Part shown: piece by piece, positions 1-13,312 of the stretch
How positions within the stretch are numbered: position 1 is the first letter of the stretch
Layout of the letters: each line of letters opens with the position of its first letter
Source: Octopus vulgaris
Lineage: Eukaryota
Length of the DNA: 64,000 nt
Reading direction: 5' to 3'
Assembly: GCA_951406725.2 (NCBI GenBank)
Contig: OX597817.1
Location: 59,954,001 to 60,018,000 of the forward strand
The notes under the pieces: generated by a model
Database searches by the model: none
What the model was told of the DNA's origin: nothing
What the model saw: the letters and a program-made list of their open reading frames with translations, nothing else
Program-made: the position numbers and the translations under genes

Positions 1-149
1 CATTAATTAATTCAATTAACTAAAACAGTTGGATTCCATTTTCAGCTATTCAGTCAACGAGTTAATAAGAATTTTCAAAATGCTGAAAGTCAAACCAAAA
101 ACTTATCAACCTCAGCGAAACAAACAAAAGAAAAACTGACATGAACAGA

Positions 150-630
150 GGCATAGGTGCGGGGTTGGCTGGGTGGTTAAGCAGCTTGCTTCTCAACCAT
201 GTGGTCTTGGGTTCAGTTTCATTGCATGGCACCTTACTCTCTCTTTACTCTTTTACTTGTTTCAGTCATTTGACTGCGGCCATGCTGGAGCACTGCCTTT
301 AGTCAAGCAAATCGACCCCAGGACTTATTCTTTGTAAGCCCAGTACTTATTCTATTGGTCTCTTTTGCCGAATGGCTAAGTGACGGGGACGTAAACACAC
401 CAGCATCGGTTGTCAAGCAATGCTAGAGGGACAAACAGACACACAAACATTGGTCGGCCCAAGGCTATAGCAGAAGACACTTGCCCAAGATGCCACGCAG
501 TGGGACTGAACCCGGAACCATGTGGTTGGTAAGCAAGCTACTTACCACAAATTGTCTTCTACTAAAGCCCTGGGATGACCAAATCTTAGGAGTGGATTTG
601 GTAAACAGAAACTGTAAGAAGCCCACCATG
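150..630. mobile_element. Nested CORE-like SINEs (minus copy about 236-550 inside a plus copy)
   Basis: The plus-strand head ends at ggcacctt (about 235) and resumes as tgtcttctact at about 553. The interval is an internally deleted reverse copy. Confidence 0.75.
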
Positions 631-2086
631 TATATAATCTATAATATACATATAAGGCCATGTGGTTGAGTAGCATGGTCCCAACCAAATGGTTTCAAGT
701 TCATTTCCACTGCGTGGTACCTTGAGTAATTCTTTTACTACAGCCCCAACACTGACCAAAGCCTTATGAATGGATTTGTGTGTGTGTGTGTTGACCTTTG
801 TATTGACATAATGAGACAAGTGTAAACAAGCGTCCCTGTCATACAAGCAGTGTTGTTCACTTCCAGTTGTCCTTGTAAAGCATGTCTGGCTTGGAAACGA
901 AGATTGACAACAGGAAAGACATCCAGCCATAGAGAATCTGCCTCAACAAATTCTATCTGAGTCATGCAAGCATGCAGAACTGGATGTTTGATGATGACGA
1001 TAATGATCAATCACATGAAAATAAAGCATTAGGATCATAAGACAATCCCTCCATGGCTGAACAGTTGGTATACACATTACCATCAATCGAGCAATTTGCT
1101 ACATTTCGCTGTAATAATGCTGGTAAATTTTCCCAGAGAAACAGCAATTATCTTTTGCCGATTTTCATTTCCTTGCATATTGATTCGTTTCAAATACTGT
1201 AGAAGCTTTCTTTGCAATCACAGGATCTCAGGTTCAGCCCCACTGTGTGGTAGTACACTGAGCAAGCATCCTCTATCATAACCCTTGGTCAACCAATGCC
1301 TTGTGAACAAATTCGGTAGGTGGAAACTGTGTGGAATCCTGATGGGGGGGTCTCTATATACAAACATAACTCATTCTGGAGTCTTGTTCATTAACCAAAC
1401 TGTTTATTGTATGAATATTTGAGACACATGTAAGGGGAATTCATTCTAAGCCATATCCACCCTCCACAGCCTGAAATGATCTGTTGTTTATCCAATCATC
1501 TATAGCAATAAATATATACACACACGCATGTTATTTTTTTTTCCTTGTCTCGATCAACAGTTATGTTTTCTTTTTTAATCAAAAAATAATGAGAAATATT
1601 ATTACTTCCTAGATAAAACATGAAAATTTGCAAGCCACATCAAACTGTATCCATGAACTTCAACCGTTTGTACACCTTCTCTTAGTCCCTTAGAGTTGAC
1701 TTGTGGTTTGTTGCTAAAATGCCTGTTGGCTGAATATAATTTTTCTTCAGAAAACTACTATGCAACTGGTTCCTTTAGCACACCATTTAACTATGCTCTC
1801 CCATAGCCTGCTTGTAGTTCTTAGATCAAATTTCAGTTCATTCTGCAAGTTTTATTTATCGATTGGAAAAAACCCATTCATTATTCAATTTGTTCATTCG
1901 GAGGACCCTTCGTACATGGGTGTCCCACTGTACTTTAAAAGAGATGGTTTTGTATCCTAGAACCAAGGGCAGCTTTATGCAGACTGGCATCAAAAGAGTT
2001 AGAAAATATTTGTAATACATTATCATCTGTAGACAAACAAAATGAAGGAACTTTTGAAGGAAACAGACATTACCAAAACTCAAGTG

Positions 2087-2178
2087 TTAGTCATCATCTT
2101 TGCACTCTAGAGAGTCTCCATCTTTGTCATCAAGACATTTGCCATCTAATTTCTGCATTTTATTTCCATGCTTATTGC
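2087..2178 (-). CDS. ZNF385-like, probable last coding exon
   Basis: tttttttcaatttcctacag acceptor, phase 1 matches the upstream exon. GNKHGNKMQKLDGKCLDDKDGDSLECKDDD then TAA at 2089-2087. AATAAA on the minus strand at about 1851 and 1403. Confidence 0.75.
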
Positions 2179-3838
2179 CTGTAGGAAATTGAAAAAAATC
2201 ATAATATAAAATTAAGAGGAAATAAAAAAAGAAAAAAACAGGGGGAAACGTATAAAGGAAAACCCTTTTGCTAAGTTGATGTATCTTAAGTCCCTTATGA
2301 AAATAGAAGCGAGATATTTTAACAAACTGTAGTTACTTGCCTTAGATTTAAGGCAGGATACTATATTTTAATGCCTGATGAAGCTAGTGACTGCAGTTCA
2401 CAGTCCACCAAAACAGAAACTGATGCCAACAGTCTGGTTTAATTTATTAATTTTAAATTGGTGGTGAACAATAGCAAAATGGTTACAAAGTTCTAACAAG
2501 CTAAGTACAAGTTCACTTCATCGTGAGCACAACAAAGAAATGCCTGTAACTCTAAGATAAAAAAATATTAATATTTGTTTTTATGTTGTGTTATAATAAA
2601 AACAACATTAAACTGAAGAATTAGTCAATTCCTTTGTGTAGAGTACATAATCCATTACACCTTTATAAAACGAGGAGTGGCAGTGACTCTGGAGGTTCCA
2701 ACAGGTAACCTCCTTCATTGGACTTTTGCAGCACTCCACTTCCCACTGAAGGCTAACAGCTTGAAACTTCAAAGTCACAAAGAAAATTATACTCTGAATA
2801 CACTGCAGCTTAAAAATAATCATAGATAATCGTAACTAGAAAGACATTAAGTTATTAAAGATAATCTTTCAAAATAATTTGTCTCCACACAGTGATCATC
2901 AGATTTACTTGTGGATAAGCCCTACCATTTCGTACTTGATTTTTACAAAAAAACACTGGGATGGGACACGTTTGGGGGCAAAATTGAAACTATCAACAGA
3001 AAGGGGTACAACTTATGGGTAAATACAGTAATTAATGAGCACAGCTCTGATTAAAAACGGGGGGAAGGTTGTCAGAAAATGTATTGGCTATACTTACCAC
3101 TCTTATGAGCTTCCAACTGTTGCATAGAGTTCACAGAAATGTTACATAAGCTACAGAAAAACAAACCTAATTTTTTCCCTAAATCTTCTCCTGGGGGGAA
3201 AAAAAGTCAAATGATTATAAACACAGAAAAGCGAAATGTTTTGTTTTATGTTAATAAAATAGGGAGGATACTTAAGACTAAAAACAAACCTATTTTTCAT
3301 AGTTTTCCAAAAGCAGAACCAAATGGCTTTACTAAATGATTAAAGGGGAATAGTTGAGGATAAATACGTCATTAGAAAATATGGTCAGGATTTTGAATAG
3401 GTTTTAACTTTGTGACTAGTATGATTACTAGTATGAAAAATCAGAACTGTGACTTAAATTATACTCATGTTACAATTTGCCAATTAAAATTAAAATTAAA
3501 CGGTTCCATTTTAATTACTAGATTTGATGGCATTTATGACACCCCACTCCCACCTCAATCTCTCAATGTCCTGTATTATAAGTTTTTAATGCACTAAAAC
3601 CTTTTCACCCAATGAATATTTGCTGCATAAATTAGGGTGCATAAAAAAAAAAAAGGCCCATGCATCGTTTATACCACCAAATAGAGTAACATCATTTTAA
3701 ACTTGGGAACTTCATTAACACATGGAAGAGCTTCCTGCTGTAGCACTTCTGCATAAGTTGTCTTACACAGCATTCCACTTGCACACACAGCTGTTAAGGC
3801 CGCCCTTCCTTCCTTTCTATCATCACCTATCCATTCAT

Positions 3839-4100
3839 ATCATCATCGTTTAACGTCCGCTTTCCATGCTAGCATGGGTTGGACGATTTGACTGAGGGCT
3901 GGCAAACCAGATGGCTGCACCAGGCCCCAATCTTGATCTGGCAGAGTTTCTACAGCTGGATGCCCTGCCTAACGCCAACCACTCTGAGAGTGTAGTGGGT
4001 GCTTTTACATGCCACCGGCACAGGGGCCAGTCAGGCAGTACTGGCAACGACCTTGCTCGAATCTTTTTACACGTGCCACCGGCACAGGTGCCAGTGAAGC
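3839..4100 (-). mobile_element. RTE-type SINE-like retroposon
   Basis: Reverse complement of the 26030 family with a (CAT)n start on +. Same-orientation copies at 8796-8980, 9940-10237 and 21110-21255. Confidence 0.85.
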
Positions 4101-4361
4101 GTTCACTAAATTTTCATGATTAACAAATGAAAGGCAGATAATCTTGAGAGATCCTTATTTCTCTGATTTTATCAAAATTAAACTCCATGAGTTATTATTA
4201 TCTTAATTCCAAACAGTAGAATCATTTACTCTAATGTTCCTACAATATTTTAAGAATAGACAAAGTCCATTAACGTTAAAAAAAAATGACATTTATCAAA
4301 ACAAAAAAATTGCAAGGTCAAAAATATGGCCAATGGCATTTTCAAAGCTGTTTCTGCTCAC

Positions 4362-4512
4362 CATTAGTGTCTCTATCAGGAGAATCCTCATCTGTCTCCA
4401 TATTCTTTGTATTCTCCACCATCTTTACTTTCTTTGCATGCCGCAATCCATTATAATGCTGAGCAGCTTGGGCTTCTGAGTTAAAGGTCCGGTTACAATG
4501 GCTGCAAGTTAC
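4362..4512 (-). CDS. ZNF385-like, coding exon 3 (finger 2)
   Basis: ctctctattgcag|VTCSHCNRTFNSEAQAAQHYNGLRHAKKVKMVENTKNMETDEDSPDRDTN G|gtgagc. Resembles the ZNF385 finger ISCNxCQxRFNSxSQAEAHYKGxxHAKKVK. Confidence 0.9.
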
Positions 4513-5394
4513 CTGCAATAGAGAGATACCACAAAACCCATAAATCCAGCATCCCAACAGTTTCACCAGTTTTTTCTTTCACAACTCAAAAAACTGCCAG
4601 GCCTACATCTCTCTCTGGTTCTAATTCACACCAACATAAGGGAAGAGAAGAAAAGAAATCACAGAAATCACAGAACTAATAGCTAAACCTCGATCAAGAA
4701 ATGGAAGACATGCTACGCAATTACATTTTGTAAACTCATCTTGACCTGATTCACAAATGAAATTTCACACACATTTTCCATCTTAATTCTGTTTATCCCT
4801 TATATAATGAAACAGTTGCATATTGTAACTCACTCCTCTCATCTCTTACACACTTAAATGCAACTTTAATAAATAAAGGCTTTTTGGTCAAAACTTCTAT
4901 AAATATTATTAAAAAAAAAAAATTTAAAGAAACACTATATTTCATACTTTATGAAATCAGTGACATGTCTCAGGTGGCTCGTTAGATACCAAAATTATTG
5001 CACAATATAATTATCCATGGCTTGTCAGTCTTCTACAATCGAGGGAACCACAACATCAAGTTGTTTTTCTAAATGACACTATTAAAATAAGCCCCTGATA
5101 ATTTATGCCTGTCAAAAATCTAGCTTTAATCTACAATAATAGCATATTATTAAAGTCCATTTCCAAATTTTATGAATCATTTATCGTTATTCCTACTCGT
5201 TACATACTATCTAGTCATTAATACTGTCTCTAAACAGAACATCCTGCATTTCACGATTCAATTAAATTCTAAAATATCTAAGAACTAAGGCTAATTTCCA
5301 AAAACCAACCTTTTTCCTTCATTTTCCACACAAACATGAACACACCATCATAAACATAGCACGAATGACAGTAATGCTGAGTTTTGTATAAGGA

Positions 5395-5633
5395 GATATA
5401 TATTTTTAGTGCATGTACTGGTATATAATACATATCATATATAACATCACATATATATCATATAATACATATATCATATATATATAATATATATATATCA
5501 TATATGACATATAATACATATTTTATATGTAATATATAAAATATATAATATATATATTAATATAATATTATATTTATAATATATATATATATATATAAAA
5601 TATATATATATATATTATGCATATAATATTATA
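5395..5633. repeat. Degenerate (TA)n low-complexity tract
   Basis: Directly visible. Confidence 0.9.
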
Positions 5634-5676
5634 TGCTGTGTGTGGTGCAAGGTAAACCTTTTTTTCGCCAACACAC

Positions 5677-5769
5677 CTGAGCTGTCGTTGTATTGTCAGA
5701 ATTGTTAACATTTGACTTTTTCTTTTTCCTTCTGCGAAATCTGAAACCGGCCACGTAGATCCATTTTTT
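5677..5769 (-). CDS. ZNF385-like, candidate cassette exon (31 aa, basic NLS-like)
   Basis: Pyrimidine tract + ggacag acceptor, CAG|gtgtgt donor. 93 nt, phase 0-0, open frame KKWIYVAGFRFRRRKKKKSNVNNSDNTTTAQ. Confidence 0.55.
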
Positions 5770-8700
5770 CTGTCCACAGAGAGAAAGAAAAAGATATTTG
5801 TTTACAATTGTCACAATACAGCCATGGCGAGCGACAGCAACATATATATATTATATATATATATAATATTGTTGGCCAACCTGCTAGAAATAGCAGCCAA
5901 ATTTCACCCTACCATCTTAAGCACACATTGGGATAACGTAGTCACCAACAAGAAAGGAAAAAAATCACAACTGGATCATCTTCAATAAACACACACAAAC
6001 ACGCCCACGTGTACACATGTATGTGCATGTGTGTACACGCCCTTTTGTGTGAAGATGCATTTCTGGTCTATTTTGAAAAATAATTGTGCACAAATACATA
6101 TATGCACACACATAATTGTCTATTAGATATATATGCATACACATATATCTATACACATATACACATTTAGTAAAACTTATGTAATAATGATAATGGTAAT
6201 AATAACAAGCATAATATTGCATACATTTGGCAGCTATATATATAAAGTATATGCTGAGCAATGCCTAAGCAGTTGTGTTTTGAATGTAAATGAATTTGGT
6301 GACAAACGGGACAGTAGTTGCGGACATTTCAGTGGAAATAGTGTTGGTTATGGAAAAATAACATATCCACCAAAAGAGTTATGGAAGACCGCACAGACAA
6401 CAATTATTTCAGTTATTAAGAGGCAACTAAGGTAATTTTAGTTCAAAAATTAATACGGTATCAGACTAGTTGTGCACATTAATAGATTTTCATTTTAGCT
6501 TGGAAGCATGTAAGTATATACAATAGTAAAGATAGTACAAGAGAATTTTTTTAAACTGAAGAAAGCCACAAATTAAAATAATCATATCCCTGTCTCTATC
6601 GTCCATCACTAACCCAATGTAAGAGACTAGGTGGAACCATGTGTAGTCCGATACACTCACTCCACCCTTTCTGTACTGCTAGTCATCACTCATTCTCTCC
6701 AGGGTCATTTCTGTGTGTCACCCATCAATTACGCTTGCCTCTTTATCCATCTCTCCTATTATCTTATTACACCTGAACCCCTGCAGTCTATAATCATATT
6801 CCTATGTCTTTCTCTCGTCCATACTTGCCATTTTTAATTATTGTCTTAGAACAGACGTCATTATCATTGTTTTAACATCCACTTTTCTATGGTCAGATGC
6901 TCTTCCTGTCACCAACTCTCACCGTTTGCCATGGCCAAATATGTTTTCACAGAATATAGGAAATGAGTGACACTGCCTGTATGACAATCATGTGACACCA
7001 AGAGAAGGCAACACATGGCAGGCTTCTTTTAGTTTCTGTCAACCAAATCCACTGAAAAGGTTTTGGTAGGCCCAGCAATAGAAGACCGCCACCCCACCCC
7101 AAAGGCACTGGTACCTAATAACAAATGGTCCAGACAACTCATGCCACCATCGAAAGCAGCAGATGTAAAAGATTGTGGGTATGGGTATAAAAATCCATTC
7201 ATAATGAGAAAAAGATTCACTAATTAAGCAGAAAGTGACACTCTCCTTATCTTTAAATTACAAACAACAACAACAACAAAAAATTCTATTTGGTAAAAAA
7301 GTATTTTAAAAATAAATACAAGGATTTATAGGCTCAGGTGTGGACTTGTGGTTAAGAAGCTTGCTTCCCAACCATGCGGTCTTGGGTTCAGTCCCACTGC
7401 ACAACTCCTAACCCTGGCCCAACCAAAGCCTTGTGAGTGAATCTGGTTGATGGAAACCGAAAGAAGCCTGTTGTATGTGTGCATGCTCTTGTCTAGGCAT
7501 CATGTGATGGCTGTGAATGAGCATCATCACCCTCATTATACAAGTGAGGTTTTCATTACCAGTCTTCCATAAAAAAACATGTTTGGCCATGGGAAATATT
7601 ATCTTGCTTGGAAACAGGGGACAGTTGGTAACAGAAAGGTCACCCAGTCTGTAGAGAAATCTGCTTCAACAATTTTGTCCGACTCATGCAAGTATGAATA
7701 ATTACTTCATACTTTTCTCATAGGCAGCCCATTCCGTAAATCTATTCTTGAAGAATACACATCGAGACACTAAACGGTTTCTATAGAACTCCTCCTGGAA
7801 ACCATTTGTATGTTTTCCTGTTATTTTCAGTACACCGTCTTACAACAATCAATATCTTGGAGAAGGTGGTGAGATAGCAGAAACATTACTGCACCAGGCA
7901 AAATGCTTGGCAGCATTTCAAGTTCCACCAAGGACAACTTGGCCTTTCATTATTCCGGGGTTGATAAAATAAGTACCAGTTGTGTACTGGTGTCAATGTA
8001 ATTGACTACCCCTCTCCCCTGAATTGCTGGCCTTGTGCCAATATCTTGTAGAAGATTCAGATAGGATGTTTTATCTAACAGACTATAACACACCTCCTGA
8101 CAGTTATTCTTTTAGTTATATTCGTGTGCCCTCAACTGCATAGTAATATTTTTAGAATTCTAGCCCCCATTTTGTCTGAAGAATAGAATGCCTCCTTACT
8201 ATCATTGTTGTTGTTCCATGCTGGCATGGGTTGAACAGTTTAATCGGAGCCAACAACCCTGACGACTACACCAAGCTCCAATGTCTGCTTTGTAACGGTC
8301 TCTTAACTCCAACCACTTCACAGGGTACTAGATACCTTTTACGTAACACTGATCCTATTGAGGTTACCAAGTAACATTAGAGGAGAGCTTTCCACAGCAA
8401 GATGCCCTTCCTGTTCCCAAGCAGGAAAACAATAATGCCCCAGTTTATCAAACACACAGGTTTTATGTGGAGAACTGGAAACAAATGACTGTCTGAATGA
8501 GCCAAAACATGTCAAGAGGCCCAGGCATGCTCTTGCAAAGGACTGTTGCCATCGGGATACCAGTGATTACAAATCAATGAATGCAAGGGGAAACATCATG
8601 AACTCACAAACAATAAGTACATCTCTAGACAACAGGGCTTCTACACAGCTCCTGCCTACCAAGTCCACTCGTAAGGCATCGTGATAGAATTCTCTTTCCA

Positions 8701-9223
8701 AGGTGCCAATCAATGGGACTGAACCCAAAACCATGTGATAAGGAAACAAACTTCTTAACCACACAGCCATGCTTGCTCCATTAACAAAATAAGATACATC
8801 ATCTTTTAACATCTGTTTCCCATGCTGGCATGGGTTGGAGAGTTTGGCCAGAGCCGGCAAGCCAGAGAGCTGCATCAGATTCCAGTCTGATTTGACTTGG
8901 TTTCTACGGCTGGATGCCCTTCCTAATGCCAACCATTTAACAGTGTGTGCTGGGTGCTTTTAATGTGCCACTGGCACAAGCACTGATATACTAAATATTT
9001 TTTACCTCCTGAAATTTCATGTTATCACTAAGACAGCAACATGGTTTACACAAGAAAACGCAATTGGGTTGGTAATCTAGGATGAAAAGTTATGCAAAGT
9101 GGTGGATTGGGCATGAAACATAGGGGTTATGGTTAATCTCCTTTGCAGCTAGATACCACAACCATTTCAATGAGCAAACCTATTACCAACTATAGTAATA
9201 ATATAAAATGTGGATTAACTTAC

Positions 9224-9327
9224 TGGGGTTGCTTTCCGCTTGGTTGCTAATTTACCCAAAGCATTGTTGACTACAGCCTGTGTAATGGGGTCCATCTCTT
9301 CCTCATCTTTGCCACGAAATCCTCTAC
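9224..9327 (-). CDS. ZNF385-like, coding exon 2
   Basis: ttttcttgcttag|...|gtaagt, phase 1 to 0. Encodes GRGFRGKDEEEMDPITQAVVNNALGKLATKRKATP; MDPITQAVVNNALG resembles the ZNF385 family motif MDPVQKAVINHTFG. Confidence 0.88.
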
Positions 9328-10575
9328 CTAAGCAAGAAAAATAACAGTTATTACAGCCATCCATACAACATGTCATTTCAAACAACCATTACCTCTAATT
9401 GTAATATAATCTGGTCAGGCTTCAAACACAGGAACATGGAACTTGGCAGTCGACTGAATGATTACATACACAAATCCGATACATTGCAGCATTTACAAAC
9501 ACAAGTTCATCAGAAAAGAGAAAACACACACACACAGAACTTAAGGTAAGTGTGAGAGGCCAGATCTGGGTGGTTTGAACACAAAACAAGTAGAATTATG
9601 TGGACCGGACACAGCCAGTTTAAATGCTCGTGGTTAAAGCATGCAGTTTGTGCCATAGAACTATAGGAGCAGTCTCGGGTGAGATGGTATCAAAAGGGTT
9701 CAGCTAGTTTTTCTTTCTTTGCAATCAAATGTAGTGCATAATCATTTCATTACGAGAAACAACCAATAAGTTATAAGATCACAAAGAACTCGAGATTGGT
9801 ACAAGTTGCTTAATGACATTTAATCTGAACTGCTGACATGATAAATCTCATTACAGATAACCAATTTGATAAACTCCTCATGCAGCACACTGCCCAACAA
9901 TTTTGTAATAGAAATTTGTCACCTCAAATTTTTTCAACACCCTATGCTGGCATGGGTTGGACGGTTTGACTAAGGTGTGGAGAGCCAGCGGCTGCACCAG
10001 GCTCCAATCTGATCTAGCAAGGTTTCTACAGCTGGATGCTCTTCCTAACAGCAACCACTCAGAGTGTAGTGGGTGCTTTTTACATGCCATCAGCACAGGA
10101 GCCAGTCACGTTTGGATAATGCTTTTTACATGCCACCAGCACTGGGGCCAGTCAGAGGGTACTGGCATCAGCCAGGTTCAGTTGGTGCCTTTTACATGCC
10201 ACCGGCATAGGAGGCAGTCAGGGGGCACTGGCCATGATATAATAGGTACACACAATGAGCGCTCAATGTCTAAACTGAAGTTAAGTGCAAGGATGATGGA
10301 TCTGTCTATATACAAACTGCCTCTAGCAAATTTATCATTCAAGCTGGTACAGGTATAAAAGTAAAAAAGCATAAACAAGTATTCACCAGGTATCAAATAA
10401 TAAAATATTTATATAACATAGTGAAGAGATTAGGAAACCAGAAAGAGTCTTGAATGTGAAAAGTTCAGAAAGGTTCACAAGTAGATAAGTACACTAGAGG
10501 ATGAGGTAGAAAAGAAATTCATATGACTTAAGTAAGCAGATAAATTTGACATCTAAAAGCACTTCAACAACCCAC

Positions 10576-10723
10576 CTGCTTCATCAGCCGGTAAATCTGA
10601 ACGCATTTTACGTAAATGTGTTTTCCCTGTTCGATGCTGCACCAATTGTACCTCCGAGTTCACAGTAACGTCGCATACCTCACACCGATACGAACCAGTA
10701 TTTTTCTTTGGAAAGAAATCCAT
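10576..10723 (-). CDS. ZNF385-like matrin-type zinc finger protein, first coding exon (finger 1); whole exon 10576-10745
   Basis: MDFFPKKNTGSYRCEVCDVTVNSEVQLVQHRTGKTHLRKMRSDLPADEAG, with C-x2-C-x12-H-x5-H spacing. Acceptor ttgtttgcag before 10745, donor G|gtgggt after 10576. The start ATG at 10723 is inferred. Confidence 0.85.
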
Positions 10724-11025
10724 GTCTGAAGTTTTGATAACCACCCTGCAAACAACCGAAACAAGTCAACATATTTTTAAAAAGTCACATGTATGCTTTC
10801 GAAACTAGTCTTTAAACTCGAAAGAAAATATATTATTCTGACAAAATCATTTGGAAGTATTGTAGAACCACTAGATATACAAACATTCTTAATTTGAAGC
10901 CATGGTCTTGATACATGGGTACAGTAGATGTAGAATTTTTATAACATAACTTTCATTGTAAAAACACCTTTAAGAATAATTATTAAATTATAATTGGGTT
11001 AAAATGAAACAGAAAATTTCCTTAA

Positions 11026-11246
11026 CCCTTTCGTTACTGTATTTATTTTGAGATGCTCTGTGTTTCTTTCAATTACTTTTAAATATAACAAAGAATTTAG
11101 AAAAATAACTTAGTTATCATTAAGTTTGTGTTAGGAACATAAATTGTGATTAAGATTTGGGGGAAGATTTCAATTCAGAACTTTTGAAAGCAAGACATTT
11201 GTACTCAAAGCCAGAGCTGGTTTCAGCCGGGTTGGTAACGAAAGGG
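11026..11246. mobile_element. piggyBac-type MITE, family A (intact)
   Basis: TTAA|CCCTTTCGTTAC ... GTAACGAAAGGG|TTAA: perfect 12-bp TIRs and TTAA target duplication, AT-rich interior. Confidence 0.85.
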
Positions 11247-13044
11247 TTAAGTACAACAATGATGAATGGAATCTACTCAGCAACCAGATGAATAGGGTTA
11301 TATTTTCAAACTCCTTTCAGTGACTTTCCCAAATATATACAAATATTACTGTACATGATTAAATTTTGTTTTTGTTTTTACTTGCTCGTACACTCACTAA
11401 AATCTCACCCCATGACAAAAGGATACATAATTTTAAAATGCATCAATGAGTTTTCTTTAACCTGATGTCCAGTTTCTACAAAATTTAAGAACTAAATCAG
11501 GCTATACCTGGTAATACAAAAACAGCGATGCCATAGATTTAGTCCAGCATTCTGTCTACCTTTACGATTTAATTGTCACTCACCCTGTCTAATCCTCTGT
11601 ACCACTTATACATACACACATACGCATGTGTGTGTGTGTATATAAATATATATATAAAACGCATGCACACAGCTTCCAGTATCCTTAAGGTACACCCTGA
11701 CACATCTTCACTTCCATCTTCTCTCTTTTCCAACAGGGGTAGCCATATATCTCCTCTACAACCAGACCCCCTCTTTCTGTCCCTTAATCCCTTTCGTCAC
11801 CTGACACAAAGCCATCTCTCTCAATTGAAGAGCAGACAGGCATAGAGTTCAAACAGTTAAAACCAATACAAATTAAATACCACAGATTGTAAGATACCTT
11901 ACCAAAAAGATTTTTCTCCTAAAAGTTACTGGAAGGAAAATGTTTACAGCTAGACAAGAAAAGGAACTTGTCTTACATTAAAGCCCTACCTTCTCAGTAA
12001 GTCATCAACAGTCTTCCCACCAGTTTAGTTAGTCGATACCTCTTACAACCTGAAACAATTCAAGACTTTTTATTAATATCTATTCATGCTGTTGTTCTAT
12101 TTACTATGTAATATTCTCGTTTTCTATTGCTATTTCAACTACATACACACAAACAACGTGAAATTATAAAATGCTTTCACTTGCTGCCTATTTTAATTCT
12201 ATATTCATACAGATTCCATGCATACTTCTATAGACATATGTTGGAGGGGAAGATGTTACATGGCACAGGATTGTAATTAATGCAAGGTTTAGTAAAATGG
12301 AATTACCAAAATTGAACCTTTATCTTGTTTCAATTGTTGGATTGCAGCTATCCTGGGGTACTGCCTTGAACATTGCTTATTCTATCAGCTTCTTCCACCA
12401 AATCTAAACTAAGATATGGGGACATAAACAAACCAACACCAGCTGTCAAGCATTAAGGTGAGGAAACAAACACAGACACATAGACACAACAGGCTTCCAC
12501 ACAGTTTCTGTCTCTGAAATTCACTCCCAAGGCATTGGTTAGCTTGGGGGTCACCAAAGACACTTACCCAAGGTGCCATTATGAGGGACTGGACCGAAAA
12601 CCAGACGGTTATAAAGCCAGCTTCTTAAACCATGCCGCAGTCATGCACAAGAGATCTCAATAAAAACAATGGTTCAAAGGGGCATAAAGGTTCAAGATGC
12701 AACAAAACTGTTAATATCTAGGGGGCAACAAAACTGTTAATATCTAGGGGCAAGATTAAATATATATCAGAACCTTTCAGAGATAAACTGAAGGCACAAA
12801 TGATAAATAGGAAGATAAAAAAAACTCAACAAGTAGACACAAATTTCAGGTTGCTGGGTCATTAATGATAGGGCAGAGTTTAAACAACACATTTTGAGAG
12901 AGATTTGATGGAACTCACAGGTATGAGAGGAGGAAGGACTTATAATGCTTTTCAGGCGGAAGTAATGTTAGCAACACCCTGGAATCAAATGGTGGTGAGA
13001 AACCATTTGACAAATTAAGTCAACAATCCAAGTGAAATTGTAGT

Positions 13045-13312
13045 CATGGCCAATGCCAGTGCTGTCTGACTGGTACCCGTACTGGCGGCACATAAAAAGC
13101 ACCGTTCGAGTCATGGCTGATGTTGGTGTCAGGTCAATGGCACTTGTGGTGGTGGCATGTCAAAAACACCCTCTCAGAGTGGTTGGCATTAAGAAGGGCA
13201 TCCAGCCATAGAAACCATGCCAAATCAGATCTGAGCCTAGTGCAGCCTCCCAGCTTACCAGTTTTCAGTCAAACCGTTCAACATGGAAAAAGGACATTAA
13301 ATGACGATGATT
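13045..13312 (+). mobile_element. RTE-type SINE-like retroposon
   Basis: Same core and ggacattaaatgacgatgat tail. Shorter + copies at 19262-19398 and 27195-27305. Confidence 0.75.

Noticed and set aside
481-669. Recurrent 'CSGTEPGTMWLVSKLLTT' and 'CPRCHAVGLNP' ORFs
   Set aside because: Translations of the CORE-like SINE head.
3850-4123. Recurrent 'FLQLDALPNANHSESVVGAF' ORFs resembling a small gene family
   Set aside because: Antisense translations of the RTE-type SINE; copies have variable frames and stops.
4342-4361. Stop of the track ORF (GEQKQL*) as the gene end
   Set aside because: A gtgag donor at 4361 and a phase-matched downstream exon at 2178 explain it better.
11903-11949. Possible small minus-strand exon (tctag...TTG|gtaagg)
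   Set aside because: 47 nt with only splice-like dinucleotides and no independent support.
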